Positions 1 through 11,539 of a DNA stretch of 64,000 nt are shown here, piece by piece. The stretch's first letter is position 1, and each line of letters opens with the position of its first letter. The position numbers and the translations under genes are program-made. A model generated the notes under the pieces. That model saw only the letters and a program-made list of their open reading frames with translations. It was not told the origin of the DNA and made no database searches. Origin of the DNA: Podarcis cretensis (Eukaryota); contig OX638149.1 in the NCBI GenBank assembly GCA_951804945.1, forward strand, positions 23,002,001-23,066,000. Direction: 5' to 3'.

Positions 1-772
1 CAAGGGGTGCCATAACTGGGCTTCTGAGGCTTCCGGAGCACATTTTCCCCCAGGGGAGCTGCAGAAAGAATGTACTGGGTCAAAGGAGCCATGAGACTCA
101 GAAAAGGTTGAAAACCTCTGATATCTGCTATTCTCACCAATATTTGTATCTACTGTTTAATAGAAAAGGAAATCTCCAAGGCGTTTATGTGAAATACAAG
201 GAGAAAAATTAATTCAAATTAAAAATAAAGCAAGAATATTCAGATTTTTTTTTTAAAAAAAGCAAAATAAAAACAGAATATAGCATTTCCCTTTATTTCT
301 CATCTTTATTTATTTAGCAAAATCTATATACTACTTGACTGTATAAAATAAAACAATGAGAATTGATAAAAAAAACCAAGTCAAAAATATGTTTTAAAAG
401 ATTATTAAAATCAGCAGTAACTAAAATAAGATTAAAACATGCAAAGGTCTACATGTCTGCTTAGGCTTGCCTATCAGAGTGGCTGCAGAAACCCAGCCAG
501 ATGGCAGATGGGCGGGGTATAAGAAACATAATAATAATATAATAAAAAAACATTTAAAGCAGGCACTGAAAAGAGTACAGTGAAGGCACCTGTCTGATAT
601 CAATAGGCAGGGAGTTCCAAAGTGTGGGGTACTGCCACACAAATAGACTGTTTTCTATAAGCGTGGAAGGAGTATTACGTGGCACCTGTAAATGATCCTG
701 CAAGGTAACTGATCTTAAGCTGTTGAGGGCTTTACATACTAATAGTTACACCTAGGCATTGGCTATAATTTT

Positions 773-2500
773 TTTTTTTAATAATATTTATTAAAAATTT
801 TCCAGAATAAAAAGGAAAGATAGCAAGAAAGAAAGAAAAAACAAATATGATTTACACTTGGTTTCAGTGGCATCTTTCCCGGACTTGCCCCCCTCCCCCT
901 CTTGTATTCCATTTCCCTTAAATTGATTCCACAGATTCTTACCCCAAATTTTAAAACCTTATTTGTAATTTTAAATAACCCATTTATTCCAAATTAATTT
1001 ATCTTATTTATCTTAATGAACCATTTCTCCTTATATTTTATATAATTCCCTAAGATCGACCCCATTTCCCTCCCACGAATTCCCCTATTTTCAAACAACA
1101 AACATGAAAAAAGAAAAGAAAGAAATAATATATAATTTTACAGCCTTTGGATTCCAAATCTCTCCCCCCCCCCCATTCCCCGGTTCCAATCCCCAAAGTT
1201 CATCCATTGTCTACTGCCAGCCTGGTGTGTCCACGTCTATATCTCAACTCCACTTTGCCGTCTTTTGATAGCTTTTAATTTCAGAAAGTCCAATCTCGAA
1301 AAAACTCTCAGAAAAAGTCATTGTTCTTCCATCCAGACCTCTATGTTTAAGAGTCTAACTTAAATTCTATTTCTTGGTCCTTTTAAAGTCTGGATGTTCC
1401 AAATACTCCGGCTTCAAATTTGGTCCAGCTCTTATTCCTCAGGCTGCTTTTTCCTGTTCTGCTGCAGAAACCTTCTAATTCAGAAACTTCTTGTTCTCCA
1501 CAGAGGCTTTTGTTATTCAGGAACATAACTTGCGTCAAGTCCCTTCCTTTCTTCAATAGATAAATCCATTGTCTCCTTTAGTATAGAAACCTCTGTAGAC
1601 AAAATAATGCTTCGTTTTTGCAGCTTTCCCAAGAGATAACAGATCCTGCTCAAATTCATAGTATTTTTCCACTTGCTGCTACTGTTGCAATGTCCCAGCC
1701 TCCCTCTAGAGGGAATATGGTAACTTAATTTCTTTCAAAATCAGACCCAAAAGTCAAATAACTTGTTGCCTTTATTTCCAATAATTTATGTCCAAATTGT
1801 AACAAATCTAACCAGCAAAGCCATCGTAACAAAGTTCTCTTTTATTTTCCTGCTTTGACAGCTACTTTGACAGCTGTCAGAGTTTCTGTGTCTCTTCACC
1901 AGTCTCTCATAGCGGATCGTTCCCGGTTCCCGGGGGGGTTGCATTTTAGTTCCCACAAATCAGTCTTCTCCTCCAGCACAATTATTGTAATTTCCCTTCG
2001 TGAAGTTAAATTTTTTTTTCAGGTAAACAAGTTCATCTCTCGATCTTAGTTGTCAAATCCTTGCGTTGAGCCATCTACAACAGGGGGGGCGGACTTCCTT
2101 TTTGCACTCCCCCCGCTCGCTCCAAATTCAAAGATCAAATTTCCCTTTTAAGTCCAATCAATTTACTCACGGGTTGTTCCTTTTAGTCCAAATCCGAAAT
2201 TTTCAAAGAAGAAGTCGTTGCTCTCCGCCAAATGGCATGCGGCTTCGCTGGGCAGGGGAAGCATTGGACTCACAGCACCACACACCCCCCCGTCACCCGC
2301 TCCGCAGCCTTTAAAAAGGCTCCTTCGCGGGTCGGGGGGGCGCAAACGGTGCCCGCCGAGTCACCAAGTCCATGGGCATCTCCGCCCATGGTTTTTGAGG
2401 GTCCCCGCGTCGCCGGCACGGCAGGACCCGACCCCTACCCAGCCGACTCCCTCCGGAGCTCGGAGTCCGCCATTCGGCGATGGCGCCGACCCGGAAGTCC
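773..2500 (-). mobile_element. Full-length non-autonomous L1-type retroelement, about 1.73 kb
   Basis: Perfect TSD GGCATTGGCTATAATTTT at 755-772 and 2501-2518. Empty site reads TTTT/AA, the L1 endonuclease consensus. Minus-strand 5' end GGACTTCCGG...AATGGCGG is CpG-rich. A-rich body, G-rich 3' tract, AATAAA then poly(A). No long ORF. Confidence 0.85.
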
Positions 2501-4065
2501 GGCATTGGCTATAATTTTAAGACTGAATGGGGTAATAAAAGTAACTCTGCACCGGATCAAAGACATTTCCCCGCCTTACTTCACATCATGTTTCAGGAGG
2601 TGTTGAAAACCTCTCTCCCCGCCCCCTTTCCCCATCATTTCATTTATTAATTGCTTCCTACGAGGCATTTACAATATAATAAAATATTGTTACGGTTTGG
2701 CGGTGTTAAGCTTGGGTGCCATGATCCTTCCAAATCCTGGATCCAGTAAATGTTAAACTATAAGCCAGGCTAGCTTTCATGAAGAGAACAAAGGGTTAAA
2801 GGGGTTCGTGCAATACAAAAAAATGGGCTTGGCCCCCTCCCTCAACAGACAATGCCAGAGTTTGGAGTAGAATTTTTGGGATGTGATGTGGAGAGAGAAT
2901 TTTACAAAGGTGAAATTTGCATTCATTGCCCAAATTTGCCTCTGGCCTTATGGTGTCTGCAAAGAATGTGAATTGAAAAAAGTTACCATACATGCCTGAT
3001 TCGGATGCTACTTTTAAAGATGTGTGTGTGTGTGTGTGTGTGTTCCCGTTGCCACACTCCTTCTGCATCTCAGCCCAATCCTCACCACCGCCTTGGAGCA
3101 AATTATTATTATTATTTTATTATTTATTCAATTTATATACCACCCTTTCTCTAAAGATCCCAGGATGCTGCCCAACATTGAGAACATAATTTACACAGCA
3201 TAAGAATAAAACCACAATAATAAAATAATTAAAAAGAAGAACAGGTTCTGCCCCCTACATTGAACAGGTCATAGAATGGCTGAAGACCTGGGTAAAGAGG
3301 AATGTTTTCTCCTGACGCCTACAGACACGTAATGATGGCAGCAGGCGAGCCTCTCTGGGAAGAGCATTCCATCGATGGGGAGCCACCACAGAAAAGGCCC
3401 GTTCTCATGTTGCTACCCTCTGAACCTCTCAGGGAGAGGGGAAATAGAGAAGGGCCTCCGATGACAATTGCAGGGCCTAGGGCTGGGGCTGGACACATCA
3501 AAGAAGCGTCTCAGTTAAACGCGTTGCTAACTTTGTATGAGAAATTGGGTAAGCAAAACATGGAACTCCACAGCGCCACCTGGTGTCACAGTGTTAGAAT
3601 GCATAAACAATACATATAAAGCGTTTTTTCTTTGCCAATGTAGCTGAGTCCCAGGTCACTTTGTATGGGGAGAGGTGGTCCTTAAGGTATTGAGGTCCTG
3701 AGTTGTGTAAGGCTTGATAGTTCAGCACCAGCGTTTTAAACTGGGCCCGGAAACTGACAGCCAGTGCAATTAGTGGGTAGGAGCAGGTTGCTCTCATTTG
3801 ACTGCACTCCCCCTCTAGATTAGAAAAGGACAGGCAAGCAGGCAGCAATGGTAAAAGGACTGGTGCCCCCCCCAATTGCTGATGTGTAGGCCTTGGCACA
3901 TGCTTGAGGATGCTAATGTCTGGCACTGACTCTGCACTCTCCACATGCTTAGAAGCAGCTGATGTCTCACAGTGTGGAACTGGTGTGTGTGTGTGTGTGT
4001 GCTTGGAGCTCTTAATGAGCCTCCTAAGCATCAAATCCTAGGGGACAAGTTCTATTTGGACCCTA

Positions 4066-4545
4066 ATAATAATAATAATAATAATAATAATATGCCACCT
4101 ATCTGACTGGGTTGCTTCAGCCACTCTGAGCGGCTACCAGAAAAATATTAAAAACACAGTAAAACATCAACCATTAAAAACTTCCCTGAACAGGGCTGCC
4201 TTCAGATGTCTTCTAAAAGTCAAATAGTTGTTTATCTGTTTGACATCTGATGGTGATACCTGGGTGTCATGACCTGGGACCCAGGTGGACGTCCTGGCCA
4301 GGAAGTATGTCAGAACTCCCAGCACACACAGAGCTATGCTCCCATCCTCTGTCACAGATCATGTTTCCGATACACAACTGACCTTAGCCTGTTCTTTCCA
4401 CGACACTGCATGTATTTATTTGGCTAAAAAGGACCAGCATTATTTCCAGACCTCCTTTGTAGGGTGACAATGGGAGGGGGTTCCACAGGGCGGTTGCCAC
4501 TACCAAGAAGGCCCTCTGCCAGCTTCCCTGTAGCAGTTCCCTGTA
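4066..4545 (-). mobile_element. L2-type LINE 3' fragment interrupted by a 216-bp insertion
   Basis: (AAT)n tail plus the core AAACTTCCCTGAACAGGGCTGCCTTCAGATGTCTTCTAAAAGTC shared with copies at 10165, 15270 and 39030. Resumes at 4470. Confidence 0.75.
4254..4469. mobile_element. Candidate short solo LTR
   Basis: TG...CA ends (TGATACC...GGTGACA) and a 4-bp TSD ATGG (4250-4253, 4470-4473). Removing it restores the host L2 sequence CATCTGATGGGAGGG. Confidence 0.55.
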
Positions 4546-4760
4546 AAATATTTGAGACCATCCCTTCCCCTCAAGTTGATCAACATTGCCATTCAAATAG
4601 TGTATGTGCGATTATGTGGGGCAGGGCTTACCTGGGATCCCCAATATTTTATTCAAGTTGGCACCCTGCCCCCCAGTTACTCTTTCCACGAGGCATAGTT
4701 TGTCTATAATTGGGGGGAGTCAATGGTACACATGTATTTTATTAAGAGGAGGCACCTCAA

Positions 4761-4955
4761 AGAATCATAGAAGGGACCACGAGGGTCATCTTATCCAAGC
4801 TGCTACAATGCAGGAATCTTTTTGCCCGACATGGGGCTCGAACCCACGACCTTGGCCATAGCCAGAATTTTTGTTGGAGGGGGAGGCTTTTGTTAGGGGG
4901 TGCACTTGCCCCCCTGGCTATGCCCATGCCCTGAGATTAAGAGTCTCATGCTCCA
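4761..4955 (-). mobile_element. tRNA-Lys(CTT)-derived SINE with CR1 tail, interrupted by a small TIR element at 4851-4928
   Basis: Minus strand reads GAGCATGAGACTCTTAATCTCAGGG|GTCGTGGGTTCGAGCCCCATGTCGGGC, then ATTCCTGCATTG...GGTCCCTTCTATGATTCT. Confidence 0.75.
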
Positions 4956-5051
4956 CACATGGTTTGGCTAAAATTGGGGGGGTCAATGGTACTTCACGGC
5001 CCGCAGGGCGAGTGTGTGTGTATGTAATCTATCTGAACTTGCTTCCTGTCA

Positions 5052-5555
5052 CATGGCGTAGCGGGGTGGGGGTTGGGGAACAACGGTCCCCCAAATCAAG
5101 TAAATAAATGAGAATACTTGATTACTGACCAATTGCGTTGCAGATAACAGACCCTGCAAGTGTTCCTATTTTCTAGGGACAGTCCTCGATTTACAGAAGC
5201 CGTCCCAGTTTCTGATTTGATCCCGAAATGTCGCCTAGTTTTATAGAAGAAATGTTGGAGGGTATGGAGTTATCCGACCCACAAGCTGTCTGAAGGCAGC
5301 CCTGTATAGGGAAGTGTTTGGGGTTTTTTTGAATTGTTTAATGTTTTGGTATGTTTTGATATATGTTGGACACTGCCCAGAGTGGCTGGGGCAACCCAGT
5401 CAGATGGGTGGGGTATAAATAATAAAATTATGATGATGGCATGGGACGTCCCTATTTTCATCAGAGAAATGTGGGAGGGTATGAGATAACTCGCTTCTGC
5501 CCCCCAACATAAAGCCTGCCCCCACCCCATAAAATAAATCCTGGCCATGCCCATG
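5052..5555. mobile_element. Nested non-autonomous DNA elements: outer CATGGGC-TIR element containing an inner element (5148-5483) that carries an L2 3' end
   Basis: Outer termini CATGGCGTAGC / GGCCATGCCCATG, related to 4851-4928 and 28401-28531. Inner termini CAGACCCT / AGGGTATG are flanked by AGATAA repeats. L2 tail at about 5285-5435. Confidence 0.65.
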
Positions 5556-5589
5556 TGATGCCACAGTGGGAGAAGAAGAGCCGCTCTGC

Positions 5590-6910
5590 ACGAGCTCAGA
5601 GGCACCCTCGCCACCCGGGGGGGGGGGGGGCAAAGCAGAACACGGGAATCCTCCGCAGAGGTGGCGAGGGGAGGCACCGGGGTCTCTTTTAAAAGTCTGC
5701 CCGTGCCGGGCGAGCAGCCCCCGGTGACCTCCGCGGGGGTTTCATCCGAGGAAGCGGCACGCGGCGGCCGCCGCTGTCCGCGCAGCGCTGCCCCCTGCCG
5801 GCACCGTCGATTCCCGGGCCCCGTTTCCTTCCTTCCCCTTCTCCTTCCCCCTTTGGCTCCGGCGACGTCGATCCGAAGCGAGGCGCGCTGGTTTCCCCTT
5901 GCGGAGGCCGGCCGCGTCCCCGGGCTCTCCGGCCCCGCTGAGCCCCCGCTTGAGGGCGTGTCCTCCCGGCGCCCCCCAACCTTTCGCTGCTGGCCGGGGG
6001 CGGCGAGAGGAGGAGACCGGCGTCGCGGGAGGAAGTGGAAGCGGCGGCGGCGGCGGCGGCGAATAGCGGGCAGGCGGAGAAGGCTTTGCAAGCAGCCGCG
6101 CACCAAGGAGGCTCCGGAGACTCGCCAGCTTCGCCCGGGTCTTTCCCGTCCAGGCTCCGGGTTCCCGCCGCCTCGGGCCATCGCGGCTCCTGGGAAGCGG
6201 GAGGCGGCGGCGGCAAGCAAGCAGCAGCTAGCCTCCGCCTCCGCCTCGGCGCCTGCTCCATTATAAAACGGGCAGAGGAGGAAGGAGAAGCCGGAGAGGC
6301 TCTTCCCGTCGCCTCGGAGCCTTCCGGGATTCGCCTCGCCGCCGAGGGGCCTGCAGAAAAGGGTTGCACCCAACTTGCTGCTAGTGCTGCTGGCGGATCT
6401 GAGCCCTGCAAGAAGCCCTTTGGCGGGGCGAAGTTTCCGGATGGCTGCTGAGAGATTTCCCTCCCTGGCCATCCCCGCCTCCCCCTCCAGGGGTTCTGCT
6501 GCTTAAAAGGAGCGAAATCCCAAATAGATGTGAAGCAGGAAGCTTAGAGACCTGCCCTCCCCCTCCCCCTCCAGAGTGCCCAGGCACCCGAGAAAGACTG
6601 AATGGGTGTCCTGTAGAGACAGACACGCGCGTGCATATAGAGAGATATATGCAGATTTCCAAGTGAGTGCCCGCATCATTTTTCTTTTTGCATACGGGGT
6701 GCCTTTCCCGACGCGCACGCACCCTCCTCCTCCTCCTGCTCCTCTTCTTTTTTCCAAAAGAATAACTTGCTCCGGGGTGCAAGTGGAAGGGAAGATGCAG
6801 ACGTTTCTGAAAGGGAAAAGGGTTGGCTATTGGCTGAGCGAGAAGAAAATCAAGAAGCTGAATTTCCAGGCGTTCGCAGAGCTTTGCAGGTAAGGAGCGA
6901 GGATCGGCGG
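5590..6910 (+). promoter_or_regulatory. ITPK1: CpG island / promoter and 5' UTR region of ITPK1
   Basis: Abrupt rise in GC and CpG density just upstream of the first coding exon. Contains GC-box-like GGGGCGG motifs, a (GCG)7 run at 6041-6061 and a TATA-like TATAAAA near 6262. The TSS cannot be placed from sequence alone. Confidence 0.85.
6795..6889 (+). CDS. ITPK1: ITPK1 first coding exon (MQTFLKGKRVGYWLSEKKIKKLNFQAFAELC + first 2 nt of Arg codon)
   Basis: Translation matches the known vertebrate ITPK1 N-terminus. ATG at 6795 has A at -3. The 95 coding nt end at a canonical donor CAG|GTAAGG (intron starts 6890), phase 2. Confidence 0.97.
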
Positions 6911-9900
6911 TTTATTATGCTGTGTGTGTGTTTGTGACAAAAGAACCTTCCTTTCCCTTTTCTCTGGGACTCTTCTTTAACTTGGCACTTGAGCATCCCT
7001 CCCTTGTCCCGAGGATGTGGATGTGACGGGCCTCTTGCTCCTTAATCATCATCGTCTGGTGAGCAAATTGAAGGAGCAGTTGCACAGTGCAGCTTGGCTT
7101 AGAACCTCGGTAATTGCCAGTTGGGAAATCCAGCCTTACAAATCATAACAACACCCTGATCAAGGTGAAAAAAAAGGGAAAGTGCCCAAAGCCATGATGA
7201 TGTGAAAAGCTTATAATTTGCTTGGCTTCCTCTCCACCCCCCCACCCCTCTCCTGATTCACCAAAAACAGATGGGGTATAATGTGCGGCTTTGGGGATTA
7301 TGTAGACATGTGCAAGGTTCCTGAATAACATATTGAGGAAAGTTGCAGCCACGCTTGTTGTTGCTTGCGAATTTCCTGCGGCGTAAATGCTCTCGTAGGT
7401 AAACTGGTCCACCGAGGCAGTTTCCTAAACACTGGAATAGGCAAAAATGACAGAATGTTGGTAAGCTCTCTAATGGAGCGAGCCACATACATCTGAATAA
7501 CTAATACATTTTCTCACTCAGTTTTGCCTTCCTGGACCAAGCATCTTTTTGCAATGACAGCCTCATCTCCCTTCTTCTTTGGAAAGGGTTCTCTCCCAAG
7601 CCAAGATGGGCCTAAACGTTGCAAGAGCCTTTTTGCAGAAACCTAAAGAATGTGAAAGGCACTTAAGGGTCTCTCTTTGCTTTGCTGTTTGGGAGTTCGA
7701 TTAAACCTACATTTGCATGCTCCTGTTCAAAGACTTCTAGGACTTATTAATGGGGAAAGCAAGAAAGGCTCTTGCTTTGGGTTGAGAACCAAAATGGTAA
7801 CATAATGGTTCAGGCTACTAAGAACTGAAGAAATGAATGAGCCGATTGTCTTGGTGTATAACACAAGGTTGAGTTATATAGTGGTCTCGCTGAAGACAGT
7901 GGGGGGTTTCATACGGCTATTTGGGAGACTTCTTGAATGGTTAAACACTATTTTATTTTATTTTTTGCCAGCTGTAAGAAGTTGTTTTTCAAAGGTGGCC
8001 ATTTTCCATGACTTCTGTTATGTGTGGCTGCAGCTCTATTCAGCCACTGTTCTGTGCTGCTTATTACCCTTGTCTTGACCTGAATTCCCCAAATCAAATA
8101 TTCCAGATAATATTTTAAGTTAAAAGCAAGCGAGAACAATCAAGTCTTTATTCTTAAACACCCAGACAACATTCTGACCGTGTTGCTAATCCAAGGGTAC
8201 TTTCTTTGCTCCTTTAACAAAAAAGAAAGAAAAAGGGAGAGATTTCATCTGTTTGGCTATACTGTCTAAGCAGTATCTCCAAGTCTTTTTGTCTCAGAAT
8301 ACAATGCATGAACTTCCTCAGCGCTTTTTGCAAGGCCCTGGCAAAATTCTGGGGATAGTCGGTGTTGTTCCCCCTCCTGCTGCATCACAAGTTTATGGAG
8401 GGGAAGATATGCAACTAGATGTGAGCATCTGGGAACCTGAGCAGATCCTAGCTGTGTGAGCAGTGCGCCCTATGAGGGTATGCCGAAGGAATTTTATGTC
8501 CTCCCAAGTCGAAGGAAAGCCTTTTGGGTTACTTGCGCAACTCGACGTGTCCTAGAACATAGAAATACTTGCCTTGTGCTGAATGAGACCATTGGTCCAT
8601 CTAGTTTGGTACTGTCTATGCTAGCCTGCACCAACCCAGTGTTCTGCATGTTTTGGATTGCAACCCTTGTCAGCCCCAACCAGAATGGGCAGTGTCAACG
8701 ATGTTTGCGATTTGTAGTTTAAGACAGCCGGAGGACACCAGATTGGGAAGGCTGTGGGCTCTCCGGGATTTCAGACGGAGCCCTTTCCTTTCTTTTTATT
8801 TGTTTTAAGTGTGAACACTTAATGATGTGGACTTAAAAACACCGGAAGCTGCCTTATATCAAGGCAGACTCTTGGTCCACCTAGTATCTGGTTCTTTCAT
8901 CTCTTTGAGGCTGGTGCTTGTAATAGTTCTTAGCCTTTTTAGCAAGTGCAACACGAGACAAGTTTGAATAGTATATACAGTATATATCCAGCCCCATTGG
9001 CCTGTAGCGATGGCAAGCAGACTGGGGAAAAGTCGTCCCTTTCCGGATATAGCAAAGCCCGTGGGTCTGGCTACTTTGCAAGGAGTGCTGCAAACTCCCA
9101 TTATGTGTTTAGCCCCCGTAATATGGGAAAGCAATTAAAACCCAGTTGCATCTAATAAACAGTAGCAAGGGGCAGGCATGACAACGAGGCAGTGGCGGAG
9201 TGGAATTTTAGAATCTGTACTCAAAGTAACAGGAATCCTGCACTTAATAAGATAGGCAGGGTGCGTGTATTTTGTTACTGAGAAAATAATTTACTAGTTC
9301 AAACATTGCTGGAGCACCCCTGCACCCCTGGCTGCTAGTTAATGGTAGATTTGATGCAAAGTTGCATTGTGGCCGCCTGAATTCTTCCACGATTCCCACC
9401 TGTTTTTTAGCTGGAGGAGATAGCAAACCTCCTCTAGCCCCTCCTCTTTGCTGAATATATTATGAATTGAGTTTGACCATTTATTAGAATTTGTCCAGTA
9501 TGTTTCTCTGTCCTGTATCAAAGCATACATCTCCTCAAGGTGTAGGTAGGGTTTTCTCCAGTGTCTGAGCAGTTCTCATGTAACTTGCATTGAGAGTGAT
9601 TGCACGAGCCCCTTATTTTGCTCAGCTGAGATGTCACAGTCCGTAATTTCCAAACTATGGTTTGGTGATCAGGGAGCAGCACACTGTGGGTTCTTGTGCA
9701 CCCTTTTATGAATGATTTCCCTCCTATCCCTTCCATCATTTACTGTAACAGTAGCTTAGTGTTACATATATATTATGGCTAAATATGGCTTGATTTAACC
9801 AGGATTGCCCCAAACCATGGTTTGGAGATCCATGTCAAAACCTTGGTTCCAAATCATGGTTTGAAAGCCCAGTCTAATGCCAATCAACACAGTTCTTTTA

Positions 9901-10164
9901 GGGTCATGAGTACATGTTACTAGCTATAATGGCTGTGCTCTGTCTCCACCTTCAGAGACAGCCATGTTTCTTACTACAAGTTGACCAATGCACCCAACAC
10001 CTGCATCTTCAGCATGATTCCTGATTCCATTGCATCTTACTTCCCCAAAGCTGATGAGTGCTCCTTCTTATGGTCCCTTATTCCCTATTACTTCTGTCAC
10101 CACCACTCCTCTTCCCAGGCTGCTTTTGGTTCCAGCTTGTTATGGAGGAGAAGCAGGGCAGGTT

Positions 10165-10197
<33 letters not shown>

Positions 10198-10520
10198 TTA
10201 TTATTTATACCCCGCCCATCTGGCTGGGTTTCCCCAGTCACTTTGGGCAGCTTCCAACACAATATTAAAATACAGTAAAGCATCAAAAATAAAAGCTTCC
10301 CTAAACAGGGCTGCCTTCAGATGTCATCTAAAAGTCTGGTAGTAGTTGTTCTCATTGACATCTGGTGGGAGGGCGTTCCACAGGGCGGGTGCCACTACTG
10401 AGAAGGCCCTCTGGCTGGTTCCCTGTAGCTTTGCTTCTCACAATAAGGGAACCGCCAGAAGGCCCTCGGCGCTGGACCTCAGTGTCCAGGTAGAACGATG
10501 GGGTGGAGACGCTCCTTCAT
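10165..10520 (-). mobile_element. L2-type LINE 3' fragment
   Basis: (AAC)n tail followed by TTTATACCCCGCCCATCTGGCTGGG...GAGAAGGCCCTC...GAGACGCTCCTTCA, colinear with the copy at 39030. Confidence 0.8.
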
Positions 10521-11387
10521 TGGGTTGTGAAGGAACGATCGATCTGCATCTGTAGAGCATTTTCAGGTGTGATGTCACAAGTGCTTTTGAGCCTTGCTCG
10601 TTTCTGTAAACATGTGCAATAGAAAATCTAAGAAAGGTATGTTAGCATTGGATATATACCTCCTGACCTGGTTGGAGGCCCAGCCTGAAATTCCTACCGA
10701 AGTCACGAAATTCTCAGGAACAAGCAGGCCGCTTTCTCAGTCCCTTTATCTCTTAAGTAGGGAAGATCGGAGATAAGAACTGTAAAGTCAAGTTCTTCAT
10801 ACCAGGAAGCGTTATGTAAGTAAAACATTACTGACAACTCTGGTGTTTCCCCCGCAAGCACCTGAAAATTTAGGGACAGAGAGAAAGCTCGACATGGAAA
10901 TACGATAGTAGCCTCACTAGCTTAAGCATACTGTGGAAAAGTTACCCGAGAAGACTCTTTAAAAAATAATAATGGAGGTAATTTTGATACACAGTTGGGG
11001 AAACTTTTCAACGAGGTCGTATGAACCTCTTTGATTAAGACTGTACTCTTTGCAAATCTTTGCAGAAGTATAACATGCACATGTCTACACTGATTTTTTA
11101 TTTATTACAAATGTGTTGGTAGACAATCTCTGCAAAACTGCAGCATAGCCAACTGTTGCATTCCCAAGTGCAAGCTCGCAGTGTCTTTGACATGCACAAA
11201 TCATGACTTGTCGTCATGGCGATCAATCTGGATGAACTGGATGAGAGGAGAAATCGAGGGGATTGGGGGAGCAGCCAACCATATGGAGGATGATCATGTG
11301 TTTTGGCCCTCTTCTCGCAGAAAAGGGGGAACAAACAGTAGGAATATTTTTTGCAGCCTGTCGATTGCAGCTTCCGGTTCTGATTTG

Positions 11388-11539
11388 ATAGAATCGTAGA
11401 GTTGGAAGGGATCCTGGGGGTCATCTAGCCCAACCTCCTTGCAATGCAGGAATCCTGCCCACAGCTGTTTCTGGTTGGGCTTGAACCAGCAGTCTTCTGG
11501 TAAACAGCCAGATGCACTGACTGATTGCTCCATGAGGAT
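11388..11539 (-). mobile_element. tRNA-Asn(GTT)-derived SINE with CR1 tail
   Basis: Minus-strand head ATCCTCATGGAGCAATCAGTCAGTGCATCTGGCTGTTTACCAGAAGACTGCTGGTTCAAGCCCAACCAGAAACA is colinear with vertebrate tRNA-Asn. It is followed by GGATTCCTGCATTGC...CCCTTCCAACTCTACGATTCTA. Confidence 0.75.

Noticed and set aside
5270-6472. 400-aa minus-strand ORF and overlapping 138-240 aa ORFs
   Set aside because: They lie in the CpG island where stop codons are rare, are low-complexity Arg/Gly/Pro/Ala, run into repeat sequence and resemble no protein I recognise.
6576-6794. 73-codon unspliced in-frame extension upstream of the ITPK1 ATG
   Set aside because: It starts at GTG, has no in-frame ATG and crosses a probable polypyrimidine tract. 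The recognisable protein begins at 6795.
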